Positions 10,607 through 20,180 of a stretch of 40,614 nucleotides of DNA are shown here, piece by piece. The DNA comes from Candidatus Dojkabacteria bacterium (lineage in GTDB: Bacteria > Patescibacteriota > Dojkabacteria > SC72), in the NCBI GenBank assembly GCA_050943415.1, contig JBMNPD010000005.1, positions 1 to 40,614 on the forward strand, given 5' to 3'. The first letter of the stretch is position 1. Every line of letters starts with the position of its first letter. The notes below the pieces were generated by a model, which saw only the letters and a list, made by a program, of their open reading frames with translations, ran no database searches and was not told the origin of the DNA. Both the position numbers and the translations under genes were made by a program.

Positions 10607-11824
10607 TTAATATAACGGTACTATTGTAAAGAAAATCTCCTCACCATAATCTGTTGCTGGAGTAATATCTGTTCCAGCTTTAGCCTTGAGATACATACCC
10701 ATTCTTCCATTAACCAATGGACCATTAGCCTCGTAAATTTTTGAAGCATTCTGTCCAACTATGCCTACAACATTACCAGTGCCTGAATAATTAGATGTTG
10801 CTGTGAGTGTTCCTGTGTAGCTAGAAACGTCAGTAAAACCAATATAATAGCTTTGTAAACCGAATCCCTCAGAACCGAGTGTGTCCAAATCTCCATTAGA
10901 TGAAACGATAGTCTTACTGGTTGTAGGACTATGTAAGCCACCGTATCTTCCAAACTGTATGATTGAGACACCTCCGTATGCATTACTATCTGCATCTAGC
11001 CAAATCAAATCTGTATTTGTAGTTGTTGCAGCTCCTGCTATTAGTACATCATCACCTGTAAAGGATATGGAGTATGGAGAGGAAGATTCAACTGTTGTAC
11101 CTGTAGCTTCTGCAATATCTATATCAAAGCTAATTGTAGCAGGGGAGGTAGTAGCATTCCAAATCTTAGTGTAGTCGGATTGTGTAAAATCACCATGCAG
11201 AGCAGTTGTTCTAATATAGTATGTTGTATTTGCATTTAATCCTTTGATATTGAAAGTCTCAGTCTCCCAGTAGTTTTCTGTTCTAAAGTCATTAATATTA
11301 CATTTTGCATCTTTAGGAGTAAATGTTGATGCATTGATACATTTAATATCATTCACAAAATTATCAATTGATATTTCTACAGCGTAAAGCGTGTCTGCAG
11401 GGTTTGATAATGGATTAATTTCAAATCTTGCTCTGTCGTAACAACCTGAAGGACCACAAACAGCTTTCATGCCTCCAGTAATGATTGCACTAGGTGCAGA
11501 GTTACATTGTGTTCCCGCTCCATCAGTATTAGTCTCAAAGCATTGAATCATTGGAATTGCTGCTACAAAATTAGCAGAAGGATCCTGGTTCATTTTGTAA
11601 TTGGTAGAGTAGTTGCTAGGATTTGCAGATACCTCTCCAGCTATTAACATAAGGCTGTAGTTTGTTGAGTCTCCAAGTCCTCCTCCAGAATTAGCTGTAA
11701 TTCCTACAATTTTGTAGTTAGGTGATGTTACTTCGGTAGCTAGGATAGGTGATGAGAGAGTCATCAAAATGAATGTTGCTGATATGGCTAACTTTGTAGT
11801 TTTGTATAATTTTGGCAGATTCAT
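10607..11824 (-). CDS. Secreted surface protein with FN3-like strand and WxL-like C-terminus
   Basis: Signal peptide; IKGLNANTTYYIR (FN3-like); ends PATDYGEEIFFTIVP. Confidence 0.55.
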   Translation of the reverse strand: MNLPKLYKTTKLAISATFILMTLSSPILATEVTSPNYKIVGITANSGGGLGDSTNYSLMLIAGEVSANPSNYSTNYKMNQDPSANFVAAIPMIQCFETNTDGAGTQCNSAPSAIITGGMKAVCGPSGCYDRARFEINPLSNPADTLYAVEISIDNFVNDIKCINASTFTPKDAKCNINDFRTENYWETETFNIKGLNANTTYYIRTTALHGDFTQSDYTKIWNATTSPATISFDIDIAEATGTTVESSSPYSISFTGDDVLIAGAATTTNTDLIWLDADSNAYGGVSIIQFGRYGGLHSPTTSKTIVSSNGDLDTLGSEGFGLQSYYIGFTDVSSYTGTLTATSNYSGTGNVVGIVGQNASKIYEANGPLVNGRMGMYLKAKAGTDITPATDYGEEIFFTIVPLY

Positions 11825-11867
11825 GATATATAATAATAGGTATAAAGTGAGTAATTAGTCAACCTAG

Positions 11868-12860
11868 ATGAAGAAAGTTATAGAAGTTCAAAATTTAACT
11901 AAAAGATTTAGTGTGGAGAAAAGGAGCGGTCAAAAGTTTCCTCTGAACATTCTCAAAAGAAAGTATGAGGATATACTTGCTGTTAATAATATATCATTTG
12001 ATATTAACAAAGGGGAGTTTGTTGGTTTCATTGGTTGCAATGGAGCAGGTAAAACAACAACACTAAAATGTTTGTGTGGACTTTTAAGTCCAGATGATGG
12101 AGAGGTTAATGTACTTGGATACAGACCGGTAGAGAGGAGTCATGATTTGTTGAAAAGAATGTCTTTGGTAATGGGGAATAAGAGTCAACTATGGTGGGAT
12201 TTACCTTCTGTAGATACTTTTTTGTTAAACAAGGAGGTATATGAAATAGATGATAAGGAGTATGAGGAGAATTTAAATATGATGGTAGATGTTCTTGGGA
12301 TAAAGAATGTTGTAGATATTCCAGTAAGGAAGCTTTCATTAGGAGAAAGAATGAAGTGTGAGTTAGCAGCTTCTTTACTACATTTTCCAGAGGTTGTTTT
12401 TCTTGATGAGCCAACTATTGGTTTAGATGTTTTTTCTCAACAAGCACTTAGGAACTTTCTAAAAGAGTATCGTAAGGAGCGTAACGCTACCATTGTTCTA
12501 ACCAGTCATAATATGGAGGATGTTACTAATCTGTGTGAGAGGGTATTAGTGATAGATAGTGGTGAGATAATATATGATGGTAAGTTAGATGAGTTGACAA
12601 AGTCGTTTGTTAAAAAGAAGTATGTTAAGTTCTTACTAAAAAAAGAGGTGAAAGTTAATGAAATATCCAAGATAGGGGAGGTTGTTTCTTTTAATGGAAT
12701 GGAGGGCGTTGTAGCTGTAGATAGAGAAAATATTACTAATGTTTTGGCTAAATTTCTAAAGGAATTTGAGGTAATAGATATAGATGTAGAAGAACCCTCT
12801 TTAGAGGATGTTGTTAGGAAGATTTTCAAATCAGCCAAAGAGTCAACCTCTCTAGGTTAA
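11868..12860 (+). CDS. ABC transporter ATP-binding protein (DrrA/NatA-like)
   Basis: GCNGAGKTT, LSLGERM, FLDEPTIGLD, SHNM, EPSLEDV. Confidence 0.92.
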   Translation: MKKVIEVQNLTKRFSVEKRSGQKFPLNILKRKYEDILAVNNISFDINKGEFVGFIGCNGAGKTTTLKCLCGLLSPDDGEVNVLGYRPVERSHDLLKRMSLVMGNKSQLWWDLPSVDTFLLNKEVYEIDDKEYEENLNMMVDVLGIKNVVDIPVRKLSLGERMKCELAASLLHFPEVVFLDEPTIGLDVFSQQALRNFLKEYRKERNATIVLTSHNMEDVTNLCERVLVIDSGEIIYDGKLDELTKSFVKKKYVKFLLKKEVKVNEISKIGEVVSFNGMEGVVAVDRENITNVLAKFLKEFEVIDIDVEEPSLEDVVRKIFKSAKESTSLG

Positions 12861-13181
12861 ACCTAGGTCCAACCTAAAGTTAATATTTCCTCAAGTATTA
12901 TGCCCACGATAAGGGTTTATGTGCTCTAACCATCGAAAATATTTTTGCATAAAAAAGGAGATTTGGTAGAGAGAAATCAAGTAGTAAAGGGTTAACTTAA
13001 ATATCAGGTTACACCTAGGTGTAACCTTAAGTAGAAAGTTAGCTCTTTGTTGCCTGGTTTTATTCATATAAATTCGTTGATTTGTTGGTACAATGCTAAT
13101 GTATGGTAGAACACAAAAACCGTTATTGAGAATATTATTTCTTTGGCTATTTTGGTTTGAGGTCTAGCCTAGGTTTAACCT
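12854..13181. repeat. Three 22-bp palindromic repeats (AGGT-N3-ACCT)x2 at 12854-12875, 13006-13027 and 13160-13181
   Basis: AGGTTAAACCTAGGTCCAACCT; AGGTTACACCTAGGTGTAACCT (perfect palindrome); AGGTCTAGCCTAGGTTTAACCT. Confidence 0.85.
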
Positions 13182-13197
13182 TGGAAGGGGAATAGTA

Positions 13198-13206
13198 TGG
13201 TATAAT
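13198..13206 (+). promoter_or_regulatory. Extended -10 promoter of tRNA-Ser
   Basis: TGGTATAAT, 11 nt before the tRNA. Confidence 0.7.
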
Positions 13207-13217
13207 TACTTGCTTTT

Positions 13218-13304
13218 GGAGAGATGCCTGAGCGGTCGAAAGGGACGGTCTTGAAAACCGTTGTACGGTCTTCCGTACCCAGGGTTCGAATCCCTGTCTC
13301 TCCG
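13218..13304 (+). tRNA. tRNA-Ser(TGA), CCA not encoded
   Basis: Acceptor GGAGAGA/TCTCTCC, anticodon arm ACGGT-CTTGAAA-ACCGT, long variable arm GTACGG/CCGTAC, T arm CAGGG-TTCGAAT-CCCTG. Confidence 0.97.
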
Positions 13305-13365
13305 TATCTTGATATATAGTGTATACTTTGACAATTATCTAAATTCTAATCTACTTTACACAGAT

Positions 13366-14268
13366 ATGAATAAAGAAATCTCCTTGTTTGTTCTTGCAGC
13401 TGGTATGGGCAGTAGATATGGTGGTTTGAAACAGATGGAAGGATTTGGTCCAAATGGTGAGACAATAATAGACTACTCCATATATGATGCTTTGAAAGCT
13501 GGATTTACAAAAATTGTGTTTGTAATCAAACCTGATATGGAGGATGCTTTTAATGAGATCTTCATGAGTAAATATAAAGATAAAGTAAATATTTCATACG
13601 TCTTTCAATCTTTAGATAAAGTTCCTGATTGGTATGAAGTTCCTGTTGAACGAGAGAAACCTTGGGGTACAGGACATGCTCTTCTAATGGCTAAAGATGT
13701 AATTAAAGAACCCTCTCTCATTATTAATGGTGATGATTTTTACGGTAGAGAAGCATTTGAGATTTCTGCTAAATTCCTAAGAGAAGAGTGTAACGAAGAT
13801 CTTTACGAAATTACAGCGTACAAGTTAAAGAATGTTCTCAGTGAGAACGGTACAGTAAAACGAGGAGTATGTGAAGTAGAAGAAGGCTTACTAAAGAGAG
13901 TTGAGGAAATATTTGAAATAGGTAGGGGAGACGATGGAGTAATACGAGGTGCAAAAATAAATGGAGAAGAGGTTGTGTTAGATGAAAATGCAAGTATATC
14001 TATGAATATGTTTGGAGTTCATCCGTCAGTGTTCGAAAGTCTAGAAAAGAAGTTTGGTGAATTTCTTAAAAACAACAAAGATATTTTGAAAGGAGAATTT
14101 TTGTTACCTACAATATTCAATGATATGGTATCTAAAAATGAGGCTAAATTTAAGATTTTGCAAAGTGATGCAGAGTGGTTTGGTGTAACATACAAAGAAG
14201 ATGCTCCATATGTTAGAGAAAGATTAAAGAAGCTTGTGGACGAAGGAGTATATCCTTCTCCATTGTAA
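13366..14268 (+). CDS. Sugar-phosphate nucleotidyltransferase
   Basis: LAAGMGSRYGGLKQ, KPWGTGHA, INGDDFYG. Start moved to 13366 because the longer ORF overlaps tRNA-Ser; TTGACA (13328) and TACTTT (13352) lie upstream. Confidence 0.88.
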   Translation: MNKEISLFVLAAGMGSRYGGLKQMEGFGPNGETIIDYSIYDALKAGFTKIVFVIKPDMEDAFNEIFMSKYKDKVNISYVFQSLDKVPDWYEVPVEREKPWGTGHALLMAKDVIKEPSLIINGDDFYGREAFEISAKFLREECNEDLYEITAYKLKNVLSENGTVKRGVCEVEEGLLKRVEEIFEIGRGDDGVIRGAKINGEEVVLDENASISMNMFGVHPSVFESLEKKFGEFLKNNKDILKGEFLLPTIFNDMVSKNEAKFKILQSDAEWFGVTYKEDAPYVRERLKKLVDEGVYPSPL

Positions 14269-14304
14269 TTACTTAACTTTATCTATGATATATTCTAATA
14301 GTAT

Positions 14305-15912
14305 ATGAAGAACAAAAATTTAACACCTAAAGGTAAAGATGGTGGATTTCCATCAAAAATGTCACATCGTAAGAGAAGAATCTTTGAAATGTTACCAGGA
14401 CTGTATGTATGGACACTTCTTCTTCTTCCTGTTGTTTTTGCAATATTCAAACTAAATACATGTTTAGTAATATATATATCTTTTCTAGTAGCATACTGGT
14501 TCTTTAGAACAATTAAGTTTGTTGTAGGAACTTGGATTGGTGTTAAGAGAATGGAGCATGATGTTCAAGTTGATTGGTTAGAAGAAATAGAGAAGTTGGG
14601 TGTTGAAGAAAAGAAGAAATTTGATGAGATGCGCTTTATCTATCTCTGTCCTGTATATGCAGAGAGTCTTGAAGTGCTAGAACCTTCATTTGAAGCTTGG
14701 TCTAAGAGCGATATTGGTGGAGAGAAAATAGATGTGGTTATGGCCATGGAGGAAAAGAAAAAGGATATGCAGATAGAGAATTTCAAAAAGTTAGAAGAGA
14801 AGTACGGTAAAAAGTTTGGGAGTATGCAGTACTATGTGCATCCGTTTGGAATAGAGGGAGAGGTAGCTGGTGTAAAAGGAGCGAATATTAACTGGGCTAC
14901 AAGACATTTTGTTGAGAAATTGGAGAAAGAAGGAAAGGATGTTTCTAGATATTTGTTAATAACGTGTGATTCTGACTTGCGACCACACGAAAAATATCTT
15001 TCAGCAATTATGTACAAATATCTTACAACTACGTTACCTGATCAGACTTTCTATGCATCTGCTGTTCATACATTTAACAATAATATATGGAGTGTACCTC
15101 CTTTAGTTAGAAATCAGTCAAATATGTTGACTCAGGTTATGATGCATCAGTGGGTGTTTGATCAGTATATCAAGATTCCTTTTACAAAAGAGTTTGTAAC
15201 TGGCAAAGAAACATTCTCCTCATATGTTGTTAATTTGAAAACTTTAGAAGAGTTCGAATTCTGGGATCCTGAGATTCCCAATGATGATACAGCTTTTTAC
15301 TGGAACTCTATGGTAAAAAGTAAAGCAATGATTAAGAGTGAGGCTGTATTTATTCCAACATATAGTGATGCTGTAGAGAATGAAAATTTTTGGAAAACAC
15401 ATGTTTCTTACTACAAGCAACAGTACAGGTGGGGATGGGGGATAATTACACATCCAATAACTTTGGCAGCTCTCTCTTTGGAGGAGGATTTTCCTGTTAG
15501 AAGAAAGTTAGCAATGCTTAGCAAGATGATGGAGTATCTCTGGTTTCTAACAGTTGTGTTTGTTTTAGCTACTGGTACAAATATTATGCATTTGTTTAAT
15601 ACAGATTACCAATATACTGCTTTTTCACATAATTTACCTAAAATACTTAGTTATGTGTTTACTGTAGTGATGTTGTCGAATTTTGCAATTGTTTACTACA
15701 AAAGTAAAATAACTCCTATACCTAAGGGGTGGAAGTGGTACAGATATGTTTGGGATTTTTTGGAAACATATTTGATAACTATAAATATGTTGACCTTTTC
15801 TTTTATTCCGTACATACAAGCTATTACTGAAATGATGTTTGGATTTAGTAAGTTTAAACGACATTTTTATGTTACAGACAAGGTTCGTATAAAAGACAAG
15901 AAAGATAGTTAA
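14305..15912 (+). CDS. Membrane glycosyltransferase, GT2-like
   Basis: TM segments at both ends, KGAN, DSD, QQYRW (QxxRW) motif. Confidence 0.8.
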   Translation: MKNKNLTPKGKDGGFPSKMSHRKRRIFEMLPGLYVWTLLLLPVVFAIFKLNTCLVIYISFLVAYWFFRTIKFVVGTWIGVKRMEHDVQVDWLEEIEKLGVEEKKKFDEMRFIYLCPVYAESLEVLEPSFEAWSKSDIGGEKIDVVMAMEEKKKDMQIENFKKLEEKYGKKFGSMQYYVHPFGIEGEVAGVKGANINWATRHFVEKLEKEGKDVSRYLLITCDSDLRPHEKYLSAIMYKYLTTTLPDQTFYASAVHTFNNNIWSVPPLVRNQSNMLTQVMMHQWVFDQYIKIPFTKEFVTGKETFSSYVVNLKTLEEFEFWDPEIPNDDTAFYWNSMVKSKAMIKSEAVFIPTYSDAVENENFWKTHVSYYKQQYRWGWGIITHPITLAALSLEEDFPVRRKLAMLSKMMEYLWFLTVVFVLATGTNIMHLFNTDYQYTAFSHNLPKILSYVFTVVMLSNFAIVYYKSKITPIPKGWKWYRYVWDFLETYLITINMLTFSFIPYIQAITEMMFGFSKFKRHFYVTDKVRIKDKKDS

Positions 15913-15979
15913 TGATTCGGTTCATCTAGATTTAATTTCTGCAAGCTAACATATTCCTATTAAATTTAGGAATATCGTT

Positions 15980-17332
15980 ATGCTTAAACTTATCTTTACA
16001 ATTTTTCTTCTTTTTTCATTTACAAGTAGTAGGATACTTGCTGATGATTTTACAGGTACAGGTGATAATACTGGTAATAGGTTTTACCAAACAGTAGCGT
16101 ATACAATTGGAGCATATCCGTCTGAATTAACTGATCATATAGTTGGATATGACCAAAATGATGTTGTTGGTATGGATATAAATACCTTTCTTACTACACA
16201 TACTCTGTCATCAATTACAGATTTTGGTGGAAACAGGACAATATCTGGAGTGGCTGATAGGGTATCTCTCCCTCCTGAGTCAAAGATAGATGTAGTATAT
16301 CTGTATAAAAATGAGGCAGGACACGGCATAAATCTTTCGCACATCCTTATACCTCTCTCTTCAAGTACCGAAGAGGATGCAGGTTTGTTGGATATAGTAA
16401 GGTTGAATTCTACTCCTGTAGATATGGAGGTAAATATTATAAGAGGTGGTTTATTTATGGGTAGAAAAGGAAAATATTTAGTAGCAAATAACATCGCGAG
16501 TGTTCAAGATAGGGCTGACGATAAAATGGCTATTACAACTCTGTATGTCAAGAATCCTTTAGAAATTAAGATGATACATACTGTGAATGTTGATAAATCG
16601 GTTAAGGTAACTCTGAATGTAGAAAATATATCAAAGAAATATTTGCATAATATTTACTTTGAACATCATGGTCATACCGAAGAGTTTGATCTTTCTGGCA
16701 AAGGGAGTAGACATATAGAGTATGTTTTAGAGAATGTGTTAGATACGGAAGATCTGGAAATAGATTTGGGTAGTGCAATTATCAGAAATCCAAATAGTAT
16801 TAAAGGGTGTGCAGTTGGTGAAGAAGAGAATTTTAGGTTGCTTGGATTGTACACAACTTCTGTTTTCTCTTACAGGTTGGATGGTGGATATGCTCTTGGT
16901 GCTATGACAGCACCAGATATGGGGAATTTCTGTGTTACAGTAATTCCATATACCATGAGTTCTGAAAATATTGTTGTTTCGAATGCTCCTCAGGAAAATG
17001 GTGGAGATGGTGATGGTGTTGAAAATGGTAACAATGTAGTTCCACCTCCATATATTGATAATCCTGAGTATATGTTTGAAGATCTTTTGAGTAACAATGG
17101 AACAAATAATCACTCTGTTTTAGGTGTTGGTGATATGAATGGTGATACTGATGGGAAAAAGAACAATGTTTTTGTTTTGCCTAAGACTTTTGTTAGACAT
17201 TGGTGGGTTCTTTCCTTGCTTGTTGTAGATGTATATCTTTGGTATTCTTACTTTAGAAACAAAAAAGTATATGAAAATCAAAATGAAGATACCAAAATAT
17301 GTACAGAAAGCAGCAAAGATACTCATAGATAA
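15980..17332 (+). CDS. Secreted protein with LPxT-like C-terminal sorting signal
   Basis: Signal peptide; Asn/Gly/Pro linker; LPKTF followed by a hydrophobic stretch and RNKK. Confidence 0.6.
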   Translation: MLKLIFTIFLLFSFTSSRILADDFTGTGDNTGNRFYQTVAYTIGAYPSELTDHIVGYDQNDVVGMDINTFLTTHTLSSITDFGGNRTISGVADRVSLPPESKIDVVYLYKNEAGHGINLSHILIPLSSSTEEDAGLLDIVRLNSTPVDMEVNIIRGGLFMGRKGKYLVANNIASVQDRADDKMAITTLYVKNPLEIKMIHTVNVDKSVKVTLNVENISKKYLHNIYFEHHGHTEEFDLSGKGSRHIEYVLENVLDTEDLEIDLGSAIIRNPNSIKGCAVGEEENFRLLGLYTTSVFSYRLDGGYALGAMTAPDMGNFCVTVIPYTMSSENIVVSNAPQENGGDGDGVENGNNVVPPPYIDNPEYMFEDLLSNNGTNNHSVLGVGDMNGDTDGKKNNVFVLPKTFVRHWWVLSLLVVDVYLWYSYFRNKKVYENQNEDTKICTESSKDTHR

Positions 17333-18707
17333 TGGGTATGAATGTTATCTAGTTGGAGGAGCACTAAGAGATATTGTGATAGGTATAGAGCCACATGACT
17401 ACGATTTAGCAACTAATGCATTACCTGATGAAATGCTAAATCTGTTTCCTAAATCTGTTTCTACAGGAGTTAAGTTTGGTACAGTCATAGCTTTGATGCA
17501 GGATGATTTTGGAGAAACTCATGAAGTAGAGATTACTACTTTTAGAAGTGAGTCTGAATATATTGATGGAAGATGGCCTGCAAGTGTAGAATTTGTACAG
17601 GATATCGATAAGGATTTGGGAAGAAGAGATTTTACATTCAATGCTATGGCAGTAGATCTTTCGCTACTGGATTTGGATGATGATAACGAAGAAAAAGAAG
17701 TAGAAATATATGATCCTTTTGATGGAGTAGGTGATATAGAGAAGAAAGTTGTGAGAGCAGTAGGTACTCCTCTTGAGAGATTCAAAGAAGACGGATTAAG
17801 AGCATTTAAAGCTTGTAGACTTGCTTCTCAATTTGGATTTACGATTGAGGAAGAAACATTTAAGGCCATAAAAGAGTCGGTAGCTGTTGCATCTCTTGTC
17901 TCTATGGAAAGGATTCGAGATGAATTTATGAAAATGCTGCTTAATTCTCCAAAACCATCTGTTGGTATAGATTTAATGAGAGAGTGTGGTTTACTGGCTA
18001 TCTTCATGCCAGAACTTTTAGAAGGTGTAGGTGTCGAACAGAAACTATTTCATACAGATGATGTGTATTGGCATTCCCTGAAAACTTGCGATGTTGCTCA
18101 TGATTCTGTAAAACTTGCTGCACTTCTACATGATATAGCTAAACCGAGGACTGATATGGGTAACGGTCACTTTTACGGTCATGATCAAATGGGAGCAAGT
18201 ATGGCAGAAGAGATTATGAAAAGAATGAAGTTCTCCCATACTGAAATTAACAGAGTGAAGAGATTAATCCTCAATCATATGTTCTACTATCCACATATTG
18301 AAGAAGAAATGAGCGATGAAGAGAAGAAGAATATAGAGGAGCATAAGTGGAGTGATTCTGCTGTAAGACGATTCATACAGAGAGTAGGAGAGGAGAATAT
18401 TGAAGATTTGTTTAAGCTTAGATTAGCTGATGCACTTTCTAATCCAAGTACTAGTTTTAAACCAGAAGAAATAACCATATTGCAAAACAGAATATCTGAG
18501 ATAAGGCAACAAGATATGGCACTAAAGGTTACAGATCTAAAAATAAATGGAGATGATCTTGTACAGTTAGGTATAGAGAGAGGCCCAGTTATGGGTACCA
18601 TACTAAAAGAACTGTTAGATCTTGTATTAGATGATCCTTTAATGAATACGAAAGAAAAGTTAAGCGAAAAAGCATTAGAAATAAATGAAAGGGTAAAAGG
18701 GTTGTAA
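17271..18707 (+). CDS. cca: CCA tRNA nucleotidyltransferase with HD domain
   Basis: LVGGALRD, DYD, DLGRRDFTFNAMA, EDGLR, LLHDIAK. Start is 17271 or 17283 rather than 17229. Confidence 0.9.
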   Translation: MKIKMKIPKYVQKAAKILIDNGYECYLVGGALRDIVIGIEPHDYDLATNALPDEMLNLFPKSVSTGVKFGTVIALMQDDFGETHEVEITTFRSESEYIDGRWPASVEFVQDIDKDLGRRDFTFNAMAVDLSLLDLDDDNEEKEVEIYDPFDGVGDIEKKVVRAVGTPLERFKEDGLRAFKACRLASQFGFTIEEETFKAIKESVAVASLVSMERIRDEFMKMLLNSPKPSVGIDLMRECGLLAIFMPELLEGVGVEQKLFHTDDVYWHSLKTCDVAHDSVKLAALLHDIAKPRTDMGNGHFYGHDQMGASMAEEIMKRMKFSHTEINRVKRLILNHMFYYPHIEEEMSDEEKKNIEEHKWSDSAVRRFIQRVGEENIEDLFKLRLADALSNPSTSFKPEEITILQNRISEIRQQDMALKVTDLKINGDDLVQLGIERGPVMGTILKELLDLVLDDPLMNTKEKLSEKALEINERVKGL

Positions 18708-18763
18708 TTTGTCCCCCATATCCATTATCATATATCAATCAGATAATTCTTTTTAACTGCCTA

Positions 18764-20173
18764 ATGACTATACAATTTCTAGGAGCAACAAAAACAGTGA
18801 CAGGTTCATGTTTCTATGTACAGAATGATACTTTTAAGTTCTTGGTAGATTGTGGAGCGTTTCAAGGATCAGATGAACTAGAGAAGAAAAACTACGATCC
18901 ATTTCCATTTAATCCTGCCGACATAGATTACATCTTTCTAACACATGCACACTTTGATCACTCAGGTAGAATACCTCTTTTAGTTAAACAAGGATTTAGA
19001 GGAAGAATAATATGTACACAGCCAACTAGAGATTTAACAAGGATAATTCTTCTGGATTCTGCAAATTTACAAGAGGAGGAAGCAAAAAGATGGGAGTCTA
19101 AAGTCAAACGTGGGGAAGAAGGGAATGAAAAAAAGGAAGTTCTGTTTACAGAACAAGATGTAGAGGAAAGTATGAAATATTTTGAGGTATATCCATATGG
19201 TAACTCTGTAAATCTTACACCTAAATTAGAATTTAGAATGAGAGATGCAGGACATATTCTTGGATCTTCCATATTTGAATTTTGGGTAAAAAATGAGGCA
19301 AACAGGGAAAGAAAAATTGTGTTTTCAGGAGATTTAGGACAACCTGGTGCAAGGATAGTAAATGATACAGATATGATTAGGGAAGCTGACTATATTATCT
19401 GTGAATCTACATACGGTAACAGATTACATAAAGATAGGAATGAGACAGTATTAGAACTGCTAGCAGCTTTGCAAAGTGCTCAGCGAGATGGAGGGAATGT
19501 TCTCATACCATCATTTGCCATAGAGAGAACTCAAGAAGTGTTGTATGAAATCAATCTTTTCATTGAAAACAAAATACTTGAGAAAATACCTGTATATTTA
19601 GATAGTCCAATGGCATCCAAAGCTACAGAAATCTTTAGAAGATATCCTGATTACTACGATGAAGATGCCAAAAGATTGTTAAAGAAAGGAGATGATCCTT
19701 TCGATTTTGAAGGCCTACATAAAATAGAGTCGGTAGAAGAATCTAAAAGATTAGTATCGAAGAAAGGAGTAGTAATCATAGCTGGAAGTGGTATGTGTAC
19801 AGGTGGAAGAATAGTGCATCATATTAAGAACAATATTTCTGATCCTAAGACCCATATGGTCATAGTAGGTTACCAAGTTAGTGGTACTTTGGGTAGAAAG
19901 ATAGTAGATGGAGAAAAAATACTACATATAATGGGAGAGGATGTGGAAAATAACGCAAAGCTATATACCTTGAATGGCTTCTCAGGACATGGAGATCAAC
20001 GAGATCTTAGATATTGGTTAAGAGGCTTTGGACACTCTCCAAAACAGATTTTCTTAGTCCATGGTGATGAGGATATAACTGAAGCTTTTGCAAAAAACAT
20101 AAGTGAGGAGTTTAAGAGTTTTAATGTTGAGATAACAATTCCAAACTATCAGGAAGAATTTAGATTAGAGTAA
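18764..20173 (+). CDS. Metallo-beta-lactamase/beta-CASP ribonuclease
   Basis: THAHFDHSG, AGHILGS, FSGDLG, ESTYG, GFSGHGD. Confidence 0.92.
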   Translation: MTIQFLGATKTVTGSCFYVQNDTFKFLVDCGAFQGSDELEKKNYDPFPFNPADIDYIFLTHAHFDHSGRIPLLVKQGFRGRIICTQPTRDLTRIILLDSANLQEEEAKRWESKVKRGEEGNEKKEVLFTEQDVEESMKYFEVYPYGNSVNLTPKLEFRMRDAGHILGSSIFEFWVKNEANRERKIVFSGDLGQPGARIVNDTDMIREADYIICESTYGNRLHKDRNETVLELLAALQSAQRDGGNVLIPSFAIERTQEVLYEINLFIENKILEKIPVYLDSPMASKATEIFRRYPDYYDEDAKRLLKKGDDPFDFEGLHKIESVEESKRLVSKKGVVIIAGSGMCTGGRIVHHIKNNISDPKTHMVIVGYQVSGTLGRKIVDGEKILHIMGEDVENNAKLYTLNGFSGHGDQRDLRYWLRGFGHSPKQIFLVHGDEDITEAFAKNISEEFKSFNVEITIPNYQEEFRLE

Positions 20174-20180
20174 AAATATT

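Noticed and set aside
12890-12960. Minus-strand TGGTTAGAGCAC (tRNA D-loop-like) and a short HINP peptide (RAYT-like)
   Set aside because: No cloverleaf or T-arm, and the peptide is too short to call a tRNA or transposase remnant.
12854-13181. CRISPR array
   Set aside because: Repeats are 22 bp with variable interiors, spacers are about 130 bp, and there are no cas genes in the window.
13261-13365. N-terminal extension of the nucleotidyltransferase ORF
   Set aside because: It overlaps tRNA-Ser; the family motif and promoter support ATG 13366.
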